The position numbers and the translations under genes were made by a program. From Phaeosaccion multiseriatum (taxonomy: Eukaryota; Protista; Ochrophyta, other classes), in NCBI GenBank assembly GCA_965112735.1, contig OZ218961.1, forward strand, positions 1,922,001 to 1,986,000: 64,000 nt of DNA. Reading direction: 5' to 3'. Below are positions 1 through 12,883 of the stretch, piece after piece. The notes beneath the pieces are model-generated. The model worked only from the letters and a program-made list of their open reading frames with translations. It did no database searches and had not been told where the DNA came from. Numbering within the stretch: the stretch's first letter is position 1; every line of letters starts with the position of its first letter.

Positions 1-10
1 ACAAACCTAC

Positions 11-1748
11 CTGTTCCGAACCAATCGCTGCGGAAGACCGGACTAACGGTTTCAAGATCTCCGTAGTCGAGATGGTCAGACGTGTCAATAACGTGTGACT
101 CAATCGTCATGTCCCAATATGGGAGGGCGAGGGTAGGGTTAATGCTCTGGAGAGAGACCTCGAAGCGGTTCGTCATGAGGATGTGGGAGGTGAGGAAACC
201 CAGTCTGATGAAGGAGAGGGGGGGAGGGGTGAGGGAGGAGGAGGAGGAAGAGGAGGAGGAGGAGGAGGGGGAGGAGGAGGAGGAGGAGGAGGAGGAGGAG
301 GAGGAGGAGGAGGAGGAGGAGCAGGAGGAGCAGGAGGAGGAGGAGGAGCAGGAGGAGGAGGAGGAGGAGGAGGAGGAGGAGGAGGAGGAGGAGGAGGAGG
401 AGGAGGAGGAGGAGGAGGAGGAGGAGGAGGAGGAGGAGGAGGAGGAGGAGGAGGAGGAGGAGGAGGAGGAGGAGGAGGAGGAGGAGGAGGAGGAGGAGGA
501 GGAGGAGGAGGAGGAGGAGGAGGAGGAGGAGGAGGAGGAGGAGGAGGAGGAGGAGGAGGAGGAGGAGGAGGAGGAGGAGGAGGAGGAGGAGGAGGAGGAG
601 GAGGAGGAGGAGGAGGAGGAGGAGGAGGAGGAGGAGGAGGAGGAGGAGGAGGAGGAGGAGGAGGAGGAGGAGGAGGAGATAAGTGTAAGGAGATGAGCAC
701 GAGTATGGCCTGGTAGGTGGATGGCTCAGCACTTCGACATTCGGAATCGAGGAGGTCTATTTTCGGGGCCTGAGTTTGGGGGGTGGGTTGTGTTGTCAGA
801 GTAAAGAAGCAAGGAAGTTGCGGATCCCCTTTCGTCCCCTCCCTCTGTAGACCGCGTGCTCCCTCTCTGCCCCCAACCCCCCCGTCCGGCCCCTTGTCTC
901 ACAAGGAACCAGCCATCACCTTCGCTCCCTCCTCCCCCACTCGCTCACTCAATCACACACTCACTCACTCACTCACTCAATCACTCACTCACTCACTCAC
1001 TCACTCACCCACTCACTCACTCACTCACTCACTCACTCACCCCTCGTGGAAATGGTCGCACACTATATCCGCCGCGGCTCGGAAGTGCAGCTGTGTCAGT
1101 GTCTCAATGTCGGCATAGTGGCTACCGAATCGCTTCTGCCCCTCCGCGGTGCTGATACGCCACATGGTGAACATCGCGTCAAAGAAGGCTTCTCGGTCTT
1201 CGTCAGAGAGACGTCGAATCTCCCTGCGGACGTACTTGCACACCACTGTCTTCTGGAACGTCTCCACCACTACACCACCATTGCGACTGCTGCTGTTGCT
1301 GTTGCTGTTGCTGCTGCCCTCCTTCCCACCGTGGTCTCGACTTGTCTGATGTGCTTCGCCTGGACCTGACGTGCTTGGAGTGATGTGAGGAGCACCAGCA
1401 GCAGTGTGGGTGGTGCCTGTGGTGACAGTAACTCGAATGTCGTGGACTTCCAGCTCCTCAAATACGTGCGTGGCGCCGTTTCCTTCCAATACGGTCTCTC
1501 GCCCACTCGGACTGGTGATGGTCCACACTACACGGCTCAGCTGCTGCTGCTGCTTCTGCTTCGACAACTGCGGGTGCAAAAGGAGAAGCGTAGACTCCAC
1601 ATACGGCTCCACCAGCTGCTTGTCACCGCCTTTGTCGTCGTCTGCCTCCTCAGACTGTAGCCAGGACAAGTGCGAACCGTCGAATGGGCCGTCTCTGCGC
1701 GTGTAGTAGTTGTCAATCACCACTTCTGCAGTGCCGGAGGTTGGAGCC

Positions 1749-1806
<58 letters not shown>

Positions 1807-2152
1807 CTTCTCGAAGAGTAATGGCCGCTCCTTTCGCTTTCATTATAATCCCTCCTCCTCCTCTTCCTCCTTCTGTAACTGAGGCTTTTGCTACGGGTAA
1901 TGACGACGCCGCCGATGGGGTTGAAGCCGAAGAGGAGCCACCATCCACTAAGGGAGAGGATACAGGAGCAGGAGAAACGGGGAAGAAGCCTCTTACTGCC
2001 GCCATGCCTGCAACGCCCACCACTACCCCCCCCATCACCATGACAGCCCATGTCCCTCTTCTCGCTCGCCAACGCCTCCGCCGAGAGGAGAGTAGGGCCT
2101 TCGTCTCCCCACCACCGAGGAGGACATCACGTTGTCCATGCTCCCACCCCAT
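11..2152 (-). CDS. Tyrosinase / type-3 copper protein with N-terminal membrane anchor (5' part only; continues beyond window start)
   Basis: Exon 2152-1041 encodes a TM segment (WAVMVMGGVVVGVAGMAAV) and CKYVRREIRRLSDEDREAFFDAM...LHF...CDHFHEG. After GT-AG intron 1040-205, exon 204-11 encodes LGFLTSHILMTNRFEVSLQSINPTLALPYWD...DWFGT, which gives the CuA histidines and the PYWD motif. A further donor sits at 10-9. The start ATG at 2152 is tentative. Confidence 0.88.
231..678. repeat. ~450-bp (GAG)n microsatellite, read as (CUC)n just before the tyrosinase intron acceptor
   Basis: Near-perfect triplet run inside intron 205-1040. It explains the poly-E/G/L/P pseudo-ORFs. Confidence 0.97.
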
Positions 2153-2381
2153 TTCTTCCCCTTGTATCAGGCTCAGAGGAGCCAAGGGGGGACACAAAGG
2201 GGTGAAAGTGAAAGTTCGGCGGTTACACCTAAGAGTAAAACCTGGTTGAACGGATGAGATCGCATTAAAATCTGAGTTTCTCTTTCGTTCCCTCCCGCCC
2301 CGTTCTCCGTCTCACCCCCTCCCTTCCTCCCTCTCGACCCCCGACAAGGCTCCCAGGTTCCAGCTTTCCAGCTGAAACCCT

Positions 2382-3303
2382 CTACGTGGGCTGTTGACTC
2401 GCCAGCATTCTCTTCTCCGCTGCCTCCGCCGCAATGACTCGGCGGTGATTCGTCGAGCACGTCGTGGAGCAGTAGCGGTAATCAAAACGTGTGATGGTGT
2501 CACGCAGCCGTGTCCCGAGGGGCCTCCGACAGGAGTCACACCGTCCTATTGAGTTTGCCTCGTCCTCAATCCTTTTCTTTTCCTTCGCTTCCTCCTCCGC
2601 CTTAGCAACTTGCTCCGCGGCCTTTTGCTCCTTCTTGCGGGCCTGAGGGTGGGTAGTATGTCAATGGGCGGGTGTATCATGTCAATGAATCAATGAATAC
2701 ATGGGTGGGGTGGGTGGGGTGGGTGGGTCAGGGTGCGCGTGTGAGGGGGGGGGGGGTGGGGGTTGCATCGTCTACGTTCGTCTCTGTGCCTCTCCGTTTC
2801 CCACCCTGTATTTCTCTCAATCTCCCTTTCTCTCCCTCTCTCTCTCCCTGACCTTGGCTTTCTTCTTCTTCTCCTTCTCCTTCTCTTTCCTTCGCAGCTC
2901 TGCCTCCGCCGAGACAGGCTCTGGCACTGCCGCTGCGTCCCAGTCCCACAAGGAGGGCCTGGCTGCTCGCCTCGCTCTGCAGTAGTTGGTGATACAGAAA
3001 GGGAAGGGAGGGAAGGGAGGAGGGGAGGGAAGGAGGGGAGGGAGGAAGGAAGGGGGAGGGAGGGAGAAAGAGGGACGGACGGAGGAAGGGAAAGAGAGGG
3101 GGTGGGTGGGAGGGAGGGAGGGAGGGAAGGAGGGAGAGAGAGGGAGGGAGAGAGGGGGGCACAGAGAGAGAGAGAGGGAGAGAGGGAAGGAGGAAGGGAG
3201 GGAGGGACGGAGACGAAGGGGAGGAAGGGGCAGCGAGATTGGTCAGAGCGAGGACAGGACCAGGAGGAGAAGCAACAGTACACCAGATGGTGATACAGCA
3301 GCA

Positions 3304-3334
<31 letters not shown>

Positions 3335-6300
3335 TTTCCCTCCCCCCCCCTCTTTCCCTCTCACCTAAGAACGTCTCTGACCGCCGTAGTGGAGGCTATC
3401 AGATAGGGTAAGCGCCCCTGAAGGTCCTTTTTAGTGGGATCTGAACCCGCGTCGAGCAGCGCACTGACGATGGACGACACACCGCGCTGGCAGGCGAAGT
3501 GTAGGGGCTGTGGGTGGGTGTAGTATGTCAATGGGTTAATGGGTGGGTAGGTGGGTGTGTCAGTGGGTTTGCGGGTTAGTTGTTGGGTCGGTGGGTGGGT
3601 GGGTGGGTGAATAGGTGCCTCCCTCCCTCCCTCCCTCCCTCCCTCCCTCCCCAACCCAACCCAAGTCACGTACCGTCATGAGAGTGGCGAGTGAGGCAGG
3701 CATGTTGAGCACTTCTGCAGCCTCCCAGTGCGTCCCTAGCGAGTCCTCACAGCCCCCTTCTTGCTGTAACCGTCCCACCACATCCCTCACCAGGGCCTCA
3801 TCGCCCTTCTCACACGCCTCAGCAAGCTGAACCAGGGCATCGCACGCCACACCAACCTCCTCCTCCGCCTCCTCCTCCACCTTCCCTCCACCCTCTCTTC
3901 TGCCCTCTCCTCCACTAGCAGAAGAAGAAGAAGCAGCAGCAGCAGCAGCGGCGGCGCTTTTGGCAGCCTTTGGCCCCATTCTATCTTCCTTTGCCTTCCC
4001 TGCAGCTGCTGATGTGCCTGCTTCATTGGCACCCTCCACCTCTGGCACGAAGGAGCTGAAGGTCACACGAGTGGCCTTGGTGTGGATGGCGCACACCTGC
4101 ACGCGTTGGTGATTCACACGGCGCGTGTGGCGTTACAATGTGAGTCAAGTGCGGACAGAGGGTGGGAGGTGTCAGGACAGAGGGGGGCAGAGAGAGAGGG
4201 AGAGAGAGGGAGAGAGATGGAGAGGGAGAGAGAGGGAGAGGGAGAGAGAGAGAGAGGCAGAGAGAGGGAGAGAGGGAGAGAGGGAGAGAGAGGGAGAGGG
4301 AGAGAGAGGGAGAGAGAGGGAGAGGGAGAGGGAGAGGGAGAGAGAGGGAGAGGGAGAGAGAGGGAGAGGGAGAGAGAGGGAGAGGGAGAGAGAGGGAGAG
4401 GGAGAGAGAGAGGGAGAGAGAGGGAGAGAGAGGGAGAGAGAGGGAGAGAGAGGGAGAGGCGGAGAGAAGTGAGAAGAGAGAGGAGGGGAGAGAGAGAGAG
4501 AGAGGGAGAGGCGGAGAGAGAAGAGAGAGGAGGGGGGAGAGAAACGCAGAGAGAGAAACACACACAGCCGCATCCACACCTCACCTCTTCGAAGAAAGAG
4601 AGAGAGGCAGAGAGAGAAAGAAGAGAGAGGCAGAGAGAAAGAAGAGAGAGACCCGCACGCATACACACGTGTCACTTAAGCCAATAAATCACACATCCAC
4701 ACCCACCACTATTAAGTCAATAAATCACACACCCACACCCACCACTCACCTCTTCGAAAGTGGGCTTGCCGATCATGAAGGGGATGCGGCGGATGCGCCG
4801 GTCAGTCTTGAATAGAGGGTGTCAGGACAGAGAAGTGTCAAGACAGAGTGTCAGAAGATGATTTTATCAGCACAGAGCGTGTCAGCGAACAGAGAGTTGG
4901 AGTGTGTCGGGACAGATCGACCGAGTAGCAGGACAGATGCTTTCAGTTTCCATGGAATGTTTATGATGTATCGCACTTCCATGGAATGTTTATGCATACC
5001 ATGGAATGTGTATGTATCGTACCTTTTGGAGCGGGGCGGTGTCGGCCTTGTTCTCGTCTTTGAAGAGCACTCCCCTCATGGTCACGGGAGCGGACAGGAG
5101 GACTACGGAACACGCCTTGAGGTACGGCCCCCACTCCCTACAGGCATATGGGCAAAATCAAGCAGTCAGCATATGGGCGAGAATCAGGCAACCAGCGTAT
5201 GTGCAGGGTAGGCAGGCAGGATAGCAGGCAGGGATACGCAGGAATATGGGCAGCGATACGCAGGAATATGGACACGCAGCACTAGCAGCAAAGGAAGAGG
5301 ACAGATATGGAGAAGAGGTGTGCGTTTCTGTGTTTCTTGCCCATTGCCCTCCGGAAGACGGGGTCTCAAGTCTCCCCGGGGCAGGCAAGCCGATACGAGC
5401 GTTACAGAACCCATCCTCCTATGCCTACGGTCCATCACTCACCTCAGCAGTTGGCGAGTCTCCTCACGCAGCCTCACCTCGCCAGCGCGGCGGAGGGTCG
5501 CCCCTGTTACAGTTACAGAAGACGTTACAGAAGCTGGGTACAGACTAGGGGACATTCTACATCCAGCCCACACGCTCTGACGATGAGAGAGGGAAAATTG
5601 ACACCCACTCCCTTCCATCCACCCCTACATCCACTGCCATCCATCCATCCCTGCATCCATTCATCCCATACGTACGTGGTGCCCACATAGTCCCAACCCG
5701 CCGCAATGACACCCCCCCCCCCCCCCACACACACACACACCTCCCCTCCGCTCCTTCCGACTCCTTCCACCCACTACCATCACCCACGCACCCACCCACG
5801 CACCGTATGATTTTGGCCTGTTACCCCCGCTATCGTACGAGCTCTGGGCCCCTCCCCTCCCTGCTCGCACAGTGTACCTCCGAAACACCTTGTGACAGAG
5901 CACTGTAGAGCCATCAAACACGGCCCCTGCGAAGCGACCGCTGCGCAACACCAGCACGGCCCACATCCGGCCATTAACCCCATTAAACCCATTCACCCCA
6001 TGAACCCCATTAACTCCATTAACTCCATTCATCCCATTCGCCACGGATGGCGTTGTTGTTACGGTTGTGGTTGCTGTTGTGCTTGCTCTCCCGGCGGCGG
6101 CGGCGGGGGCGGCGCCAGAGGCGGAGACGCCACCACCTCTGTTACCCCCTTCCCCGCTGCGGCGTGTGCTGCTGCCGCTGCTGGTGCTGCTGGTGCTGCT
6201 GCTACTGCCCCCGTTGGCGCTCCGACTATCGCTCCGATTACCTCGGACCGCGAGACCGCCCCCTCCAACGCCGCCCCTTCCCTCGGATGAAAGGTGGCAG

Positions 6301-7250
6301 AGGCTGCTACCCAGCTGGAGCAGTTGCTGCCAAGGCTTGCCCTTCAACTCGGGGTCCAGGGCAGCAGCGCTGATGGCAAAGGTATATCGGTACGGTGCCG
6401 TTCTCGCCTCTTCCATTGCCTGGGGGGGGGGGGCGGCGGATCCGGTGGCGGACGGCGAGGAGTCTATATCTGGAGACGCTTCTGCTGCTACTGCTGGTGG
6501 TGATGGTGCTACTGCTTCTGCTGCTGCTCCTACTGCTGCCGCTCTGGTCTGGAGAAAGTGCCTGTTGAACTTATATTGCGGGCCACTATGGGGCGTAAAA
6601 GCCAGTTTCACGGTGCCTGCAGCGCTTGCCGGAAAGACCTGGCCACGGTTCCCCTCCTCCTCCTCCTCCTCCTCCTCCTCCTCCTCCTCCTCTTCTTCTT
6701 CTTCATCTCCCTCCGAAGCCGAGTCCTCCCCGCTGCTATCGCTGTTCAAACCCTCTTCCCCCCCATCTCCCTGCTGCTTCGCAGTCTTGTGGTTGTTGTC
6801 TCCCTGCTCCCCGTCCTCCTCCGCATCATCATCTTCCTCTCCCACCTCCACCTCTGGCCGCAGACTCTCCAAACCTCGGAGCTGGCGCTTGAGATTGACT
6901 ATATGCCGCTTGGTCTTGAAGTGCGCTTGTTGCTCCCCTCTATCCGCAAACGTCAGCCCGCCACAAACCCGACAAGTCAGGCCTTTCTTCGACTTTTCTC
7001 CCCCCTCAGCAGAGTCTATAATCACCCCGACTGCCCTCCCCCCTTCCTCCTCCTCCTCGTCGTCTCCTTCACCTCCAAGGTTGAACAGCCAGGGGAGCAC
7101 CGCCCGAGGAATGTCAAAGACTGATAAGGCCACGCCCCCCCCGTTGTCACCCCGCTCCCCTCCCCCTTTCACGGCTTCCCCATTCCTCTTGAGGGCCTGA
7201 ACAAGCACTTCGTCCAGCTTGCTCTCTCGCTCGCGCACAAACTCCGTCAT
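2382..7250 (-). CDS. ANKZF1: ANKZF1/Vms1 ribosome-quality-control factor (C2H2 ZnF, VLRF1, ankyrin, coiled coil, C-terminal Cys/His finger); multi-exon
   Basis: Zinc finger CRVCGG...HFKTKRHIVNLK and VLRF1 motif GRFAGAVF...HKVFRRYTVRAGRGGAQSSYD. Later exons read ATLRRAGE (~5440-5505), REWGPYLKACSVVLLSAP (~5023-5140), TDRRIRRIPFMIGKPTFEE (~4750-4806), ankyrin PLHFACQRG...LLDAGSDP (~3365-3510) and WDWDAAAVPEP (~2855-2978). The last exon CDSCRR...RFDYRYCSTTC...QQPT ends at TAG 2384-2382. Confidence 0.93.
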
Positions 7251-7460
7251 GCACACTACAAAGGGGAGTAAGGACAACAAAACAGTGCTTGTCCCTGTGA
7301 ATAGCCCAGAGACAAGGGAAGTGTTTTTCTTCTAATGAGGGAAGGAAAAGTCTGGGATCGGTGACATGTGACATGACGACTCGACGGGCATCTGTGATAG
7401 GGTCATTGGTTCTACGCCTGACCCACTGCCCTTTGTCCCTCCTTAAGTTCGCATGTCCTG

Positions 7461-10400
7461 ATGAGATGGACCCTCTTGCTGGCCACGGCTGCCGTGGTGG
7501 CGGCGGCTGCTGCTCCCGCTGCTTCTCGGACAAGGGGGGGCACGAACGTATCGGCACACACCCTCCCGCACGGTCCTTCCTCGAAGCTGCCTCTCGAGCA
7601 GGAGACGCAGCAGCAGAAGGACCCAGCCAGGGCGAAGAGGCAGAATGATCCGACCGATAAGAAGCCCGGTGGTTCTAAACCCAAGCCTTCTCCCGCGGGA
7701 GCCGCTGCAGCCCCTGCAGCAGCATCGCCCCCCACCCTTCCGCCAACCCACCCACCAACCACCAGCGACAGCGAGGGCGAGGGCGAGGGCGAGGAGAGGG
7801 TGTCTACGCCTCACTTTGTGGAGATTAGCGACAAGTACATTGTAGATGCGAGTATCCATGTGGAGTGTGATACCCCAGGAGCCACCATGCACTACTCCTT
7901 GGGGGGCGAGGACCCAACTCGACACAGCCGCATCGTGCAGGCGGAAGGCATCTTCGTGGATACCATAGGGAGGTGAGTAGGTTGATAGGTGGGTAGGTGG
8001 GTGGGTGGTTGGGAAGTTGAGTGCGTGAGCGAGTGAGGGAGGGGAGGAGGGAGGGAGTGAGGGAGGGAAGGAGGGAGTTAATGAGGGAGTGAGGCGTAGT
8101 ACCTGGATGTAAGTGAGGAAGAGCATGCCACCCTGCGTTACTCTCTCCCTGCCTACCCAAGGCGGAGGCCTATATGTATGTTTATGTCTCACTCACTCAC
8201 TCACTCACTCACTCACTCAATCAATCAATCAATCAATCAGTATACGAAGGGCCACACTCCATTTCCCTCCTCTCGGAAAGGCAAACGCTCACCCTCTCCA
8301 ACCCCCCCTCCCCCCCCCCGCCCTCCCGAGAGCAGCACTACCATCAAGGTGGTCGGTGTTAAGGTAGGAGAGGAGGACAGCTTCATTGCCTCCAAAACCA
8401 TTGAGGTGGAGGGGCGAGCCTTGCCCCCGACCTTTGAAGTAGAGGGCAACGTAACCCAGAACCCTTACGACAATGGAGATGAAGCCTACCTTCGCAAGGC
8501 CAGCATCAGGCTGCGATCCACCTCCTCTCCTCTTGCTACCATCTACTACACCGTGGATGGAGAGACCATTCCCAGCGTCGACTCCGACCTCCACGTCAAG
8601 TCTGGCGAGTCCTTTGTGTGGACAGAGGAGGGGGTCACCATCTTTCATGCCATTGCTGAGGTCAGTGAGTGAGCCCTGCCCTTCGTTGTGACGAATGGCG
8701 ATGGAGCTAGTCTTATCGCGGTGATCGGGTGCCACTTTTTATGCCCCTCTCTCTTTCTTACCTCTCTCTCTCCCCCTTCCTCTCTGTCCTGATCTTTCTC
8801 CCTGCATTTCCTTGTCTATTTCTTGTGCCCCTTGTCCTTGTGCGGTGTTACCCTCTTTCCCCTCCCCCTCCTCTTTCCCCTCCCCCACCCCGTCCTCCTC
8901 CTCCTCCTCCTCCTCCTCCTCCTCCTCCCCCAGGTGCCCGATATGTACCCAAGTCGAGTGGAGTCATTCTCGGTCACCATCGTGGCCCCTCTCCGCGACG
9001 TGTTCCCCCTCCCTACAGAGCAGTTCAAACTTGCGCAGGACTCTCTCGCTGACGTCATGGCTGAGGTATGCATTCTTATGTATGTTGGAAGTCAATGATT
9101 TGATGGGGGGGGGGGAGATGGGAGAGGGAGGATGGAGAGGGGGAGGGGGGAAGAGGCAGACGGGGAGAGAGAGAGGGAGACTGACTGCTCTCAACAAGTG
9201 GGCACTGAGAGAGAGGGAGAGAGGCCGTATCCACGGTGCGATATCACAGGGGTTTCTACACACCCACACACGCCCAGAGCTCACAGCCCAGAACGAGATA
9301 CATGAATCAATGGCCCGTGCAGCAGCATCATGAGGGGCTTCACTTTCATTGACTTAGAGCACCAGGCTCTCATTTTCATGGACTTGATCACACCTTACAC
9401 CGCTAACAGGTGGAGGTGCATGCCTTCGTCCGAGTCTTGCGAGAGAGTACCACCAACACGGGTATCATCTTCCAAGGCGGCTCCTTGCGTAGGGATGGAG
9501 ACGACAACGACGGGGCCTCCCCTCCTTACTACGACGATGACCCAAGCGCCCTCGTCACCGGAGAGGGGTTGAGCTCTGACACCAACACGTGTAGGGATGT
9601 AACGCGCGTGGTTCGAGGAAAGGCCGTGTTTGTGGCCAATCCTTCCGGGCACCTGTCCCTCCTAACTTCCTCTAGCCGCAGTGATGGTGGTGGTGGTGTA
9701 GGTGGCGATGGCTCCTCCTCCTCCTCCTCCTCCTCCTCCTCCTCCTCTTCCCCGCTGCAGCTAGGGCTTGGGTCGGAGTGGAGCAGAGCCTTCTCCCCTC
9801 CAAGGGAAGAGCGAATGGTGACGAACGGCGCAGGAGCAGCCGACCAAACTGCGTCTCTGAGGCAGTCGCTTGACCTCGATCGAAGGGAGACCCAATGGAG
9901 CGCGCTGGGCCCCAAGGGCGTGATTCCGGGCTGTCATGTGTCGCTGGCTGCGCAGGCTGCAGCACCGTCGGGGTACCTCGTGAGTGGAGGCAAAGTACTT
10001 TACTCGGCTTACTCGGCTCAGCAAGGAGGAGGAGGAGGAGGAGGAGGAGGAGCGGCTGGGGCCAAGCTCGTGAGCTTTGGCATCCTACAGGAGAACTATG
10101 TGGTGGGGCACATCCCCCCCGAGCAGGTGCGATACTGCAGTGCTTGCTTGCTTGCTTGTTTGTTGTTTGTTTGCTTGCTGGCTTGCTTCCTTGCTGGCTT
10201 GCTTCCTTGCTGGCTTGCTTCCTTCCTGTTGCAGTGTCTCTTCTCTGTATTCTCTGTTTTCTGTGGCCCTCCCTTCCCCCCCTCCTCCCTGTCGGGGGGG
10301 TAGCAGTCACCATACCGTATCACCAACTGCTGCTTTATGTCCCAGACCCAGACAGTACTCAGCCTCTGCTCTGTGGCTGGCCCCGTTTGGTCAAGGGCCC

Positions 10401-12514
10401 GTCTGTCTGTCTCATGTCTTGTTGTGTCTTGTCTTGCTGCCTCACCACGCATCTGTACGTCTGGTAACTGTAACTGCGTATATGTAACGCTTATCCCGTA
10501 CCCTCGCCCCTATCATCCTCTCTCGATTTCTCTGTATATGTCTCTCTCTCCTTCTCTCTCTCTCTCTCTCTCCTCTCTCTCCCTTGCGTAGGTGCAGCGG
10601 TTCTCACTTCTGGTGAGTGGTGCGGGGTGGATTGTGAGGGACGGATTCAACCACGTGGAGGCGTCTCTCATTGACGGTGACATGGACAGCGTAGCCTCGG
10701 TCTCCTCCTCCTCCTCCTCGGGGGGGGTTGGGGAGGACGCTCGTGCCTTCGCCAACGCCCGTATGGCCAGAGTCGCCGTTGCACACAATAAAGACGGGCA
10801 CTTGATGCTGGTTCAAGTGGAGGGCAGCGGGAGGGGGATGGCAGTGGATGGTGGTGGGGGTGGCAGTAGTGAGGAGGAGGAGGAGGAGGAGGAGGATATC
10901 GATGGAGAAGGGGACGGAGTGGACTTGTTCGAGTTTGCTGATATACTTCGGGATTTGGGGGCTGTGAATGGGGTCAACCTCGCGGCGGGAGGGGGGTTTG
11001 CCAGCCTCATGATCAACGGCAGCGCTGTGCTGGACTCCGGGTCGACGTGCAGCAGTAGCAGCAGCAGTCCTATGGGCAGCGGGGTTGGAGAGGATGGTGG
11101 TCTGTCGTTCAGGCAAGTGCGGGTGGAGTCTGCTGACATCTCTAGTGGTCTGACCGCTCCTTTTTCCCGTCCTTATGTGCAACCTTTCTGTCTCCCTGTC
11201 TCCCTCTCTCTCACACTCTCTCACTCTCTCTCTCTCTCCCTCACTCTCTCACTCTCACTCTCTCTCTCTCTCCCTGTCTCCCTCTCTCTCTATCTCTCTC
11301 TCATCTTTTCGTGTCTCTCCCTTACCCTTTCTTTCCCTCTCCCTCTCCCTAACTCCATCTGTCTCACCCCCCCCCCTTCCGTCCCTCCCCCCCCCGCCCC
11401 CCGACTCCCACCCCCCACCCCCTCTCTTAGGTGCGAAAGCCCCGTGACGGCACTCCTGTGCGTACACGCCGCTCCTCCCCCCGTCATTGTCCAACCCCCC
11501 TCTTGGCACCCGCTCGACGACGACAGCATTGACCATCGCGACAACGACCAATATGACGGTGGTGGTGGTGTGGCTGACGGTGGATACAGAGGTGATAGTA
11601 GCGGCGGGTATGATGTCAATGAAGGATCGTCCTCCGACCCCCCGGGGATTGGCAATGGGCAAGCAGGGGATTGGAACTGGGGGCAGGCGCTTCCTCCGGA
11701 CGTGTGCCACACGGGCAATGGCACCGCCACCAACCTCACTGTCACTGACTTATGGCAGGAGCTGGAGGAGCTGGAGATGGTGAATGAGTGGTACAGGGTT
11801 GCGTTGGCGGTACTGGTCTTACTCGGTGTACTGAGTGTATGCTCAAATATACAACACTATCAAGAGAAGCAGCAGAGAAAGCGGCAGCGGGCAGGACGAG
11901 GATCAGCAGGTGAAGCAGGAACAGGGGCAGGGGTAGGGGCGTGGAGCGGAGGCAGGGGTAGCAGGAGGGGGAGACAGCAGGGCGTTGGAAATGAGCATGG
12001 GATGAATGGTTACGGTTTCAGAAAGGGGGCGGAGGAGTACGATGGGGGCTTCAACAGTGGTGATAGTGAGGAGGAGGATGATGATTATGATAGTGATGGA
12101 TATGACCAACCCGGATCTTTGGAGCTGACCGAAGTAGGGTCGGGTTCGAGAGGGAGCTCTCGTGCTGGGTCGCACAGGGGGGGGGGGTCTCCTGCCTACG
12201 ACTACAGCAGTGGAGGAGGAGAGGGAGGAGGAGGAGGAGGAGGAGGGCGGAACAGCAGGGGCGGGAGGCGAGGAGGGGCGGGGCACGGCGGCAGTGGCGT
12301 CGGGGTGGGGGGTGGGATCAATCTCCTCGTGGGTAAGCTCAAGGGAAGGAGTGAGCGAGCAGGAGGAGGAGGAGGAGGAGGAGGAGGAGGAGGAGGGGGC
12401 TGGTCGGCATCGAAGGGGGGCAAGAGCAGCTCGAGGGCCGGGTACGCCCGAGTAGGGGCGGATGAGGACTCAGACCGCGAGGCAGATATGAACCCCTTCA
12501 TGCTCGGCAGCTGA
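7461..12514 (+). CDS. Type I membrane protein: signal peptide, two Fn3-associated/CHB_HEX_C-like domains, NAGPA (uncovering enzyme)-like domain, TM, cytosolic tail
   Basis: Signal peptide MRWTLLLATAAVVAAAAA. Domain motifs ECDTPGATMHYSLGGEDP and ATIYYTVDG. NAGPA-like blocks SFGILQENYVVGHI, LLVSGAGWIVRDG, ARVAVAHNKDGHLMLVQVEG, GVDLFEFADILRDLGAVNGVNL and RCESPVTALLCVH. TM is VALAVLVLLGVLSVC. Exons approximately 7461-7972, 8336-8660, 8934-9065, 9410-10126, 10592-11112, 11431-12514. Confidence 0.85.
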
Positions 12515-12727
12515 GAGGCTGAGAGGGGGAAAGGGAAAGGGACAGGGAAGCCCCTGAAATAAAAGGGGTCAAAAATGAAAATGTGTGGAAAATTACCCCG
12601 CGGTGAAAGAATTCAAATTTTTTTGCGTCTTCTTCTCATTGTTTGCGCGTTGCTTTTTTTGCGCGGGGCGGCAAAGGCCCCACAAGCAGCGGGCGCTTTC
12701 GCGGCACACAGCTGCGGAGGGCTCAGA

Positions 12728-12758
<31 letters not shown>

Positions 12759-12883
12759 GAGCTCTCTGTCCTGGTGCGGCCGTGGAACGAAAGGAGAAAG
12801 GGGAGAGATTTGGATTAGACAGTTTGGCGAGGCTTTGCGGCACACCCAAGTGTACACGTCTTAGAAACGATATAGTAGGCTCG

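Noticed and set aside
82-732. Poly-E, poly-G, poly-L and poly-P ORFs (also 54291-55046)
   Set aside because: These are readings of intronic (GAG)n microsatellites; the flanking exons splice in frame without them.
4023-4815. RE/SL-dipeptide and PPSL/GGRE ORFs here and throughout the window
   Set aside because: These come from intronic (GA)n and (GGGA)n repeats.
12575-12883. N-terminal extension of 7TM-A given by the ORF track
   Set aside because: It runs through a (GT)n repeat, and similarity to paralogue B begins at the ATG at 12884.
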